Origin: Eledone cirrhosa
Taxonomy: Eukaryota
Length of the DNA: 64,000 nt
NCBI GenBank assembly: GCA_964016885.1
Contig: OZ024742.1
Coordinates: 268,212,001 to 268,276,000 of the forward strand
Direction: 5' to 3'
Positions within the stretch are counted from its first letter, which is position 1; every line of letters starts with the position of its first letter. A program made the position numbers and the translations under genes. The notes under the pieces were generated by a model, which made no database searches, was not told the DNA's origin, and saw only the letters and a list, made by a program, of their open reading frames with translations. Positions 1-8,918 of the stretch are shown piece by piece.

Positions 1-2516
1 AGAGTGCAAAAATCAGGCGATACGAGAACAGAGTCAGTCAGTATAAACAGAACCGCATGTTCGACAATAACCAGACGATGCTGTTTGGACAGCTTGAGGG
101 GAAAGAAAGAGGCAACGATTTGATCCCTGAGGCGGAACAAACTAAGACATTCTGGAGAGGAATATGGGAGTAGGATGTTAGACATAATGACCAGGCAGGG
201 TGGATTGAGACAGTACAGATGGAGATCGGTGAGCAGGCACACCAACAAACTGATTTGAGTATCACAGTTGAAACTCTTAAGGGGCAGGCCAAACAACTAA
301 CCAACTGGAAATCACCAGGCCCAGATGGTGTGCAGGGGTATTGGATTAAAAATATAACATCCCTCCACCCGAAACTGACAACCATGTTCAATGACTGCTT
401 GATGTCAGGTGAGGTACCAGAGTGGTTGACAAAAGGTACCACAGTTCTGATAATGAAAGACCGAATCAAGGGTAATGATGTTACCAACTATAGACCTATC
501 ACATGTCTGTCCGTAATGTTGAAACTGTTGACGAGCATTGTGTCTGAGGAAATCTACCATCACCTCCACACAAACAACATGTTACCGGACGAACAGAAAG
601 GATGCCGAAAGAAGTCACGTGGTACAAAGGACCAGTTACTTATTGATAAGATGGTAATGGGGAATTGCAGGAGGAGACACACTGATCTTGCCATGGGATG
701 GATAGACTACAGAAAGGCATTTGACATGGTGCCTCATTCTTGCATCACCAAAAGCCTGGAGATCTTCAAGGAGGCAGATAACATCAGACAGTTGTTGGGC
801 AAGAGTATGAGGTCCTGGGAAACAGAGTTGACATCAACTGGAGAATCCTTGGGAAGCGTGAAGATCAAGAGAGGTATCTTCCAGGGAGATAGCCTGTCCC
901 CTCTGTTGTTTGTCCTTGCCCTGATGCCCCTGACCAGTGTACTGCGAAAAGTGAGAGCAGGATACGGGTTGGGAAAGGGAGGGCTTACCATCAATCACCT
1001 CCTCTTCATGGACGATCTTAAGCTCTTCGGGAAGAGTGAGAAGGAGTTGGATGTGCTTGTTGACACTGTCCGTATTTTCAGCAGTGGTATATGTATGCAG
1101 TTTGGTATTAGTAAGTGTGGAGTCATTGTGATGAGGAGTGGTATGTTGAGCAGAAGTAACGGAATCCAGATACCAACAGGTGAGATGATAAAGGAAAGTG
1201 ACTCTGAGGAAGGATACAAGTATTGGGGCGTTCTGGAGGCTGATAGCATAAAGAACAAAAAAATGAAGGAATTGTTAAGAACTGAATACATTCGGAGAGT
1301 AAGGAGCGTATTGAAGTCACATCTGAACAGCAGAAATGCCATAAGCGCAGTAAATTAAAGAGCTGTGTCAATTATTAGGTACAGTGTGGGAATTCTGAGA
1401 TGGAATGTTGCTGAACAAAAAGAAATGGATAGGAAGACTAGGAAGCTATTGACTATCTACAACATGTTCCACAAGAGGAGTGATGTCGATAGAATCTACC
1501 TAAGGAGACCTGAGGGTGGAAGAGGTCTTATCAGCATAGAGGACTGTGTTCAGATGGAGAAAAACAACCTACACAAATAAGTGACTGATAGTAAGGAGCC
1601 AATGCTCAGAACTGTACTGAAGGAGGGGACAGTAGGCCAGGGGATGTCCAAGGAGGAAATAACATCAAGGAGAAAGAGCAGCCTTCAGGAAAATCCCTTC
1701 ATATTACCTTCTTTGAGAAAACTGAATTTAGAGATCCACTGACATGGAACTGGTTGAGAAGAGGAGACCTTAAAAAGGCTACAGAAGGAATGTTAATGGC
1801 TGCGCAGGAGCAGGCCCTCAAAACGAAGTGGTTAAAACACCATATTTACAAGGAGGAGGCTAGCCTACTGTGCAGGATCTGTGGAGAAAGAGAGGAGACT
1901 ATGGCTCACATTGTATCCGAGTGTAAACACCTAGCCCAGACCCACTATAAGGGCTGGAGACGTGATGTGATGGGCAGGGTGATCCACCGGCACCTGTGTA
2001 AAGTAAACAATTTACCACATTCTGAGAAATGGTATGAGCATAAGCCAGAGGCGGTGATGGAGAACGATCGGGTGAAGGTGTTGTGGGATTTTAGGATACA
2101 GACGGACAAGAAACTGGAACACAATAGACCTGACCTGGTGGTTGTGGACAAAGAAAAAAGATCGTGTCTGATTGTGGATGTGGCCTGCCCATTCGACACG
2201 AGAGTGCAAGAGAAGGAGAGGGAGAAAATTAACCGATACCAGGACTTAAAGTGGGAGGTAAACACGATTTGGAACTGCCATGAAGTCAAAGTGATCCTGA
2301 TTGTCATAGGCGCACTGGGGACTATCTCCAAAGGTTTCCAGGGATGGTTAAAGAAAATCGGACCCTTCACGCTTTTTGGAACGCTTCAAAAGACATGCTT
2401 GAAGGGAACAGCAAGAACCATCCGATACGTCCTGAATATCTGAGGCTGCAGGTAGTGCCTTGATATTCATTCCAACGGACTTTCCAGTTAACTAACATCA
2501 ATGACTGAGATTCAAG

Positions 2517-2517
<1 letters not shown>
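1..2517 (+). mobile_element. R4/Dong-clade non-LTR retrotransposon (RT + CCHC + restriction-like endonuclease), 5' part outside window, disrupted
   Basis: ORF pieces 219-1358, 1365-1580, 1754-2443 carry RT motifs KSPGPDG, NYRPITCL, DYRKAFD, GIFQGDSLSP, LFMDD, then CRIC-x8-H-x4-C and RPDLVVVD..IVDVACP..EKINRYQDL (REL); in-frame stops and a frameshift; short 3'UTR runs into (AAT)20. Confidence 0.93.

Positions 2518-2577
<60 letters not shown>
2518..2577. repeat. (AAT)20 microsatellite joining the 3' ends of R4/Dong (+) and Tx1-A (-)
   Basis: Directly visible perfect repeat between two tail-to-tail elements. Confidence 0.98.
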
Positions 2578-2579
<2 letters not shown>

Positions 2580-2850
2580 TTTCTTTATTAACCACAAGGG
2601 TTTACATAAAGTAGACATTAAGGACAGTGCAGGACAATGCAGGACGGTACAAATGGGCATTTCTGCGTGTAAAAAAAAAAAAAAAAAAAAAAAACAGAGG
2701 ATGTAACAAAAATAACAATGAAAATAACAATGAAAAATTCCCCAATAGGGGGGAGACTTCGGAGGGACATTTGTGGAGAAAGCCCAGTAAAAAGCCACAA
2801 TGACCCTGACCACCAAGGCAAGTGCCCTCTCCCAGTTTTCCACCTTTAGT

Positions 2851-5800
2851 TTACAGATATATACTCAGAGTCGGCCCATTCACTCGGGCCATTCTTGCTT
2901 CTCTCACCCATCTTTCAACAAAATGCTGGGAAGAGAGCACTTCCTTCTCTACTCTGATTTTCCTTTTCAAATGAAATTTGAAAAAGTCAATCAGAGCATC
3001 ACCGAAGAGGTAAGTGCTCGTCTTCAGCCCTTTCAAACGTGTCCACCATACTATCTCTTTCGCCATGGCCACCAGACAGATAAAAACTGCCTGCCCTTCC
3101 CGGCTAAAGGAGGAGGGCGGGGCAATCCTCACGATAGACTCAGATGATAGCTGGATCCGTCCTAAACGCGACAGCAGGTGTTCGACATAAACCCACAAGT
3201 CAGCAATTTTCGGACACTGGACGAGTGCGTGCAGGACGGTTTCGTCGCCCTGCGCGCATCTCGGACATGCCCGGCTGACGGCACCTCCATGCCTGTAGAG
3301 TTTATCCCGAACTGGCAAGGCTCCTCGGTAGCACTGCCAGGCCAGAGATTTCTGGAAGTTGTCCATAGGCCCCGGCCCGAAAGTTCTTCCGAAGAGATTG
3401 GCTAGTTGATTTTCGTCGACGCCTAGAGTTTCCCCAAGTACGTCGTCGCTCTTCCCCTCCACTAATCCTCTATAGAACGCCGAGGTGGAGTTTCCACCGA
3501 TCAAATTGCCCGATTGGTCGAGGGCTGTGAGCGCCTGAAGACATTCCAGTCTCCAGGCGCTCCCTCTCGGTCTTCGCTTGACCCAGGACTGCAGCTCCGT
3601 CAAGGAAACGAGCTGGGGAAAAACGCGTCTAGCAAACGGCGACCACACCTGATCACCGTCGAGGAAGAGGTGGAGATGTCGTAGCCTGAGCGCGTGTCTG
3701 CGCATCATCAGCCACGGCATGCCCAGCCCTCCACGTAGCGGGTGTTGACAACAGATGGACCGCCTGACCATCGGAGCACGTCCCTTCCACAAAAAGCGAA
3801 AGAGCAAACGCTCCAGCGCAGTCAGGCGAGGCTTAGGACAAGGTACGACGGTTAGGCGGTAGCAGATGACAGACGCGATGTACGCGTTAGCCACCTCCGC
3901 TCGACCTTTCAGGGATAGCTTCCTCTCCGCCCATTTCTGGGTGAGAGAAGCCACCCTGCTCGTCACCTCGTCCCAGTTTTTGTCCGTCTGGAGGTCCGGA
4001 CCGAACCAGACCCCTAGCAATTTAACCGGTCCGTCCGTCCAGCGCCCGACGACGCTGTTGGACGGCATGGACCTGCCTCTCCAGGTGCCGAGCTGCAGGC
4101 CCACTGACTTTTCCTGGTTGATCATTGCTCCTGTCACCGCTTCGTATTCTCTTAGTGTAGTGCCGATCGCCTCGATGTGTTTGGCGCTCGACACCACTAC
4201 GGTGACATCGTCCGCATATGCTGACACTGATCTTCCGCATCCTAGTTCGCGCGGGACTCCCCTCAACGTCTCCAGTTTGTGCAGTAATGGCTCGAGAGTC
4301 AATACGTACAAGAGGGACGAGAGGGGACATCCTTGGCGGACCGAGCGCATGATGTTGAACGGTTCCGACAGGTGACCGTTCACTCTCACCACAGAGCAGA
4401 TGTCGCTGTGCATGGCAGCGATCCAGCCTCTGAAGACGGGCCCAAAGCCAGCCGCCCTCAGGACTGCCGCTAGGTAACGATGGTCGACCCTATCGAAAGC
4501 TTTCGACTGATCTAAATTGATCAAGGACCCACCCGTGCCAGGTTCCCTAGCTACCCTCTCTACGATGTATCGCATGAGGTGGAGGTTGTCGTGGATGGAT
4601 CTGTCGGGAATGGCGCATGTCTGCGCCTCTCCCACCAGACCACCAACGACAAGCGCCAACCTCTTTGCTAGCACCTTGGCCAAAATCTTAAACTCTGTGT
4701 TTAGCAGAGTTATGGGCCGGAAATTGTCTATGTTATCCCCCTTGTTCGGATCCTTTCTCAGCAGTGCCACCGCTCCTCGGCTCACAGAACTGGGAATTCT
4801 CCCGTTCTGTTGCCAGTTGCAGTAGACGTCCGCCAAGAGGCCTCCGAACAAGTCTGGCATCTGTACGTAAAGTTCATAGGGCAGACCATCCAAACCAGGC
4901 GATTTACCCCTTGTGCAGCCAGTCATTGCCTCCCTTACTTCAGCGGCTGTTATCGGCTTTTCGCAACACTTCGCCTCAGTGGCCGAGAGCCGCGGCAGTC
5001 CGTCGAGGTAGACACTAAAGTCCATCCCTCTACCCGGCCCCCCGCTGCCCCCGAACAGCTGAGCGAAGTGTCGCTGAAAAGCTTCACACATTTGCCCGGG
5101 ATCGAGTAGCATGCGCCCGTCGTGGTCCACCAAAGACCGGATCGTGGCTTTGTTGCCACGACGCGCCTCCGCCACTCGGGCCCATTGAACGGCTTTCGTC
5201 CCCTCGTGTCTGAGAGCACGCACCCTAGCTCTGACAACGCAGCCTTCGTGCTTTGCATTGAAGAATTGGTCAAGGGCCAATTTCGCCGCAAGCACGTCGG
5301 TCGCAATGCCTTTGCTAAGCGCCTCGTCTAATTTTCTAACTAGTTCTCCCTCTGCTCTATTTTTCTCTATTGCTAAAGCCTTACTAAACCTAATCGATTC
5401 TATTCTAATCGCTCTTTTCAGAGCAAACCACCACTTGTTGTTGACGATGGCCCCCGTCAACGCCCGCTTAACTAGTTCGCTAATCCGGTCTCTGTAGGCC
5501 TTGCGCGCTGGTAAGGACGCGTTTAGCTTCCAGTAGCCGGGTCCTCGTCTATGAAGCCTATCTAAGTCAAGCACACAGATCACGAATTTGTGGTCCGTGT
5601 AGCTGACTATCTTGAATTGTGGACAGCCTATGCTAGACCTATCTATTTCCCTACAAAATACTCTATCTAGATATGATCTGGATGACCCTATGCGGTTTGT
5701 CCAAGTCCACATTGGCACATTCGGGAAATCCAATCGGTACCTGTCAGACAGTTCAAAACGCCTGAGCAGGTTGGTGAGGCTCTTGCACCCTCCACCCCTA

Positions 5801-6270
5801 TCCGCTAATCCCACACAGTCCCAGCGTGCATCTAAGATCCCGTTCCAGTCGCCCACTAACACTAAAGAGCGGGACGTTCCAAGAAAGGTCTCCAGACGCC
5901 GGAAGAAATCAGGCCGCCCTGCTCCTGTCGGGGCATAGACGGCCACTAGCCTGAAAGCTTGCCCGTCTCCGCTGGTCACGTCCAGCACCACCAGCTTACC
6001 CTCTGGGTCCAGGAAGATGGCCCGTATGGCGAGATCCAAACCTCTCCGAAAAAGCACAGCAACTCCTCCACCCGATCCAGGACGGCTGGGAGATGCGTAC
6101 ACATCGTAGCCGCCGAAGATCGGTACGAAGGCCCGTGCTTCGGAGATTCTGGTCTCGCTGATGGCCACTACATCTATGTTTAGTGACCTGAGGTCGTTGA
6201 GCAGGTGACCCTGCTTCCATGACGACCCCAAGCCACGCGCATTTATGCTGCCTATTCTGAGTGAGGTCAT
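2851..6270 (-). CDS. Tx1-A ORF2: APE endonuclease + reverse transcriptase + C-terminal zinc-binding domain (1139 aa)
   Basis: SINARGL, SET, VYAPT, GDWN, SYLDR, TDH (APE); KSPGLDGLP, NFRPITLLN, DQSKAFDRVDH, VRQGCPLS, AYADD (RT); GPGYWKLN and CPRC-x7-H-x4-C are typical of Tx1-type ORF2. Confidence 0.95.
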   Translation of the reverse strand: MTSLRIGSINARGLGSSWKQGHLLNDLRSLNIDVVAISETRISEARAFVPIFGGYDVYASPSRPGSGGGVAVLFRRGLDLAIRAIFLDPEGKLVVLDVTSGDGQAFRLVAVYAPTGAGRPDFFRRLETFLGTSRSLVLVGDWNGILDARWDCVGLADRGGGCKSLTNLLRRFELSDRYRLDFPNVPMWTWTNRIGSSRSYLDRVFCREIDRSSIGCPQFKIVSYTDHKFVICVLDLDRLHRRGPGYWKLNASLPARKAYRDRISELVKRALTGAIVNNKWWFALKRAIRIESIRFSKALAIEKNRAEGELVRKLDEALSKGIATDVLAAKLALDQFFNAKHEGCVVRARVRALRHEGTKAVQWARVAEARRGNKATIRSLVDHDGRMLLDPGQMCEAFQRHFAQLFGGSGGPGRGMDFSVYLDGLPRLSATEAKCCEKPITAAEVREAMTGCTRGKSPGLDGLPYELYVQMPDLFGGLLADVYCNWQQNGRIPSSVSRGAVALLRKDPNKGDNIDNFRPITLLNTEFKILAKVLAKRLALVVGGLVGEAQTCAIPDRSIHDNLHLMRYIVERVAREPGTGGSLINLDQSKAFDRVDHRYLAAVLRAAGFGPVFRGWIAAMHSDICSVVRVNGHLSEPFNIMRSVRQGCPLSSLLYVLTLEPLLHKLETLRGVPRELGCGRSVSAYADDVTVVVSSAKHIEAIGTTLREYEAVTGAMINQEKSVGLQLGTWRGRSMPSNSVVGRWTDGPVKLLGVWFGPDLQTDKNWDEVTSRVASLTQKWAERKLSLKGRAEVANAYIASVICYRLTVVPCPKPRLTALERLLFRFLWKGRAPMVRRSICCQHPLRGGLGMPWLMMRRHALRLRHLHLFLDGDQVWSPFARRVFPQLVSLTELQSWVKRRPRGSAWRLECLQALTALDQSGNLIGGNSTSAFYRGLVEGKSDDVLGETLGVDENQLANLFGRTFGPGPMDNFQKSLAWQCYRGALPVRDKLYRHGGAVSRACPRCAQGDETVLHALVQCPKIADLWVYVEHLLSRLGRIQLSSESIVRIAPPSSFSREGQAVFICLVAMAKEIVWWTRLKGLKTSTYLFGDALIDFFKFHLKRKIRVEKEVLSSQHFVERWVREARMARVNGPTLSIYL

Positions 6271-6305
6271 GTTTAAAATAGAGTGGAAAAGATGGGAAAG
6301 ACCAC

Positions 6306-8402
6306 TTACCGTACTTTTGGTAGAGGAGGGATGGTTTTTACATCCCTTTTCACTTGATCGTCTGGTGAAGGGACCGTTGAATCGTCCCTTCGGCTGGTCG
6401 TCGGCTCTTCTAAGAGAATGTCTGAGTATACTCTTCGATTGATGGTTCCTCCTAGGTCCCTGAAATCACCAACTGCGTTGGGGAATTTCGTTTTAATGTT
6501 TGTGTATTGTTTCTGTGCTATTTTTAGCAGTCTTATGTTAGTTGGCGTTTTGATTGGTGCTGGTATTATGTAGTCCTGTTGTGAAATGTCTGTGTGTTCA
6601 ATTATGTAAGTCATTAGTTTCTTGTTGTGTGTATTTATTGCCGTGCATTTGTTTTTCTGGGGGTGGGGTGTGGTTCTGCTATTTTCTTGTCGTTGTTGCT
6701 GGGTGTGTGTGTTTTGTTGTTGTGTTTGCGATGTTGGTGCTTGTGGTGGTGGTGTTGAAGGTGTTGTTGGCGGTGGGGTTGTCGCCGGTGGTGATGGTGG
6801 TGCTAGTGTGGGTGGTGATGGTGTTGGTGTTGTTGCTGCTGTGGGTCTCTTTGCAGTAGACTTTACCCTTTTCTCATTTCTTTCCTCCCTTTTCAAAGGC
6901 GACGATGCGCTGCTTCTGCGTTTGTGCCTTCTTGCGACCTTTTGCCATCCCTCTCCCACCTCACACTCCATGTCTGATTCTGTGAGGTCGGGGAGGGGTA
7001 CCAGCTCCACTCTTTCACTTGTTGTTGTTGGTGATGTTTGCACTGGAGTCTCTGTTGCAGCTGCATTTGGTATTGCTGTTGTTGTTGTTAATATTTCCAC
7101 TGCTGCTGCTGTTTTTGATTTCCGTGGCGTGGGTATGGGTGCCACGGACCTATCGTTCCTGGTTGCCGCTTGTCCTGTTGCTGGTAGCCGTGGAGCCGGA
7201 TTCGGAAGGAGGGGGGTTTTCTCCTTTCTCAGGGTCTTCTCGTTGCAGAAGGCCCTGAGGTGAGTCTTCGATCCACAGCGAAAGCATTTCGGGCGTTTGC
7301 CCTCAACACTTATGGGCAGTTGAGTGCCGTTATCGAAGTCTATCACATCCGGGATAGCTTCGATGCACTCCTGGTTGGTTTGGATTAGCATCTCAATGGA
7401 GGAGCCGACCCAATCTTCTCTTACTTTTTTCTGTACTTGCAGTACAGTTGTTTTGTCCTCGATTCCGATTAGGACAGACGCGGCCAGCCAAGAAGGGGTC
7501 ATTCCGGGGGGGACGTGGGTCAGTTTGACCCTCACAATTTTTTGCCCGCAGTAGGAGGGCACCAACACCATTTCCTCGCTCCTTAGGGTCACTACTGATT
7601 GGGCCTTTGCCTCCTGGGGTGTGGCAAAAAGTACGTCTACGGTGGCATATTTTTTGCCTCGGGTGATGTGCGTTTTCCGCTGCCACACAGATCCCAAGGC
7701 TTTTTGTATTTGGGCCTCTGTGGCTCTTTCCACCCTACGGGATTTTGTACTTACTGTACGGTACGTGACCGTACAGTGCTCTTGGGTTTTGAAAAATTTT
7801 TCCGCTGCCTTGCAGATTGCTCGGTGTCCGTTTTTTGTCACCATCTTCTTCGCTTCCTCTAATTCCTCATTTGTTATGAGGATTGTTTCCAAGTTTTTCG
7901 CAATACCTGCAAATGAGATTGGTTTTTCTCTGCTGTTGTTGTTGTCGTCAGAGCTGCTGGTACTTTTGTTGTTGCTGCAGGTACTACGACTACTGCCTCC
8001 GCCGCTGTTGCTGTGGTTGTTGTTGGTGTTGCTGCTGCTAATGCTGTTGTTGTTTATGCTGCTGGTGATGCTGTTGCGGCTGCTACTGTTGTTTTCATTG
8101 TCACTGTTGCTGTTGTTATTACGGCTGCTACTGCTATTATTCCTGACGTCAGACGAATGAACTGGGTTTTCGTATTTCCCGCACACCTGTTTCGTCGCTG
8201 TCGTCGTCGTCGTGGAGAAACCTTGCACGCTTTGCACGAGACTTTTCTTTTCTTTCGTCACTTGCGAAAGAGAAGGGAGGGAGAGAGACACATTTAAAGA
8301 AGGGAGGGAGAGAGACAATCTTCTCTCTGCTGTAGTGATGATTGAGGAAGAAGAAGACGGAATGAGTGGGAGTGACGTATGAAATTTCTTTTTCGTAGCC
8401 AT
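6306..8402 (-). CDS. Tx1-A ORF1: gag-like nucleic-acid-binding protein with CCHC zinc knuckle (698 aa)
   Basis: CFRCGSKTHLRAFC (C-x2-C-x4-H-x4-C); lies immediately upstream of ORF2; N/S- and P/T-rich low-complexity tracts. Confidence 0.88.
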   Translation of the reverse strand: MATKKKFHTSLPLIPSSSSSIITTAERRLSLSLPSLNVSLSLPSLSQVTKEKKSLVQSVQGFSTTTTTATKQVCGKYENPVHSSDVRNNSSSSRNNNSNSDNENNSSSRNSITSSINNNSISSSNTNNNHSNSGGGSSRSTCSNNKSTSSSDDNNNSREKPISFAGIAKNLETILITNEELEEAKKMVTKNGHRAICKAAEKFFKTQEHCTVTYRTVSTKSRRVERATEAQIQKALGSVWQRKTHITRGKKYATVDVLFATPQEAKAQSVVTLRSEEMVLVPSYCGQKIVRVKLTHVPPGMTPSWLAASVLIGIEDKTTVLQVQKKVREDWVGSSIEMLIQTNQECIEAIPDVIDFDNGTQLPISVEGKRPKCFRCGSKTHLRAFCNEKTLRKEKTPLLPNPAPRLPATGQAATRNDRSVAPIPTPRKSKTAAAVEILTTTTAIPNAAATETPVQTSPTTTSERVELVPLPDLTESDMECEVGEGWQKVARRHKRRSSASSPLKREERNEKRVKSTAKRPTAATTPTPSPPTLAPPSPPATTPPPTTPSTPPPQAPTSQTQQQNTHTQQQRQENSRTTPHPQKNKCTAINTHNKKLMTYIIEHTDISQQDYIIPAPIKTPTNIRLLKIAQKQYTNIKTKFPNAVGDFRDLGGTINRRVYSDILLEEPTTSRRDDSTVPSPDDQVKRDVKTIPPLPKVR

Positions 8403-8617
8403 GTTGTTTTTTGTTTAAAATGAAATTTTGGGTACAAAACCCCAATAACTGATTATTTAACCCCGAAGGGCCAACTAACGGACAGAAAGACCCCTCTCAC
8501 GAGGAGGAGGGTGTCTTTATCAACAATTTGGTTCAAGTTTTAAACAATTTACAATTGTTTTAAAGGTTAAAAAATACTATACCTTACAGAGCCGAGCCTC
8601 CGTCAACCATGGCATTC

Positions 8618-8641
8618 AATAATAATAATAATAATAATAAT
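8618..8641. repeat. (AAT)8 spacer between tandem Tx1 elements
   Basis: Visible between Tx1-A 5' end and Tx1-B 3' end. Confidence 0.97.
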
Positions 8642-8918
8642 GATTTCATTTATTAGCCACAAGGGCCGACATGTAGGGGACAATACAAAGACAGGGACAG
8701 TGGGGGTTTACAATAAGGTCGAGTAAAAGTGCACAATGGCAAAACTAATTTAACAATGAAAATATAAAAATATAAAATAAACTATGCAAAATATAACAAA
8801 ATAAATTCCCCGATAGGGGGTGGACGACCCTGGGGTGATTCGGGTACCCCACCAATCCTGAACGACCCTGCGCTTCTAGGGCACCCAGGAGAGCACCCCT
8901 CTCCTCAAGTTAGCCAGC

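Larger units (their letters stand above)
2578..8617 (-). mobile_element. Full-length Tx1-clade (L1 group) non-LTR retrotransposon, family A, apparently intact
   Basis: Two uninterrupted ORFs separated by 35 nt; 3' end AATAAAGAAATC-(ATT)n; 5' end abuts (ATT)8. Confidence 0.92.

Noticed and set aside
3178-8297. Plus-strand ORFs over Tx1-A and similar antisense ORFs over Tx1-B and R4
   Set aside because: Shadow frames of retrotransposon ORFs with no independent motifs.
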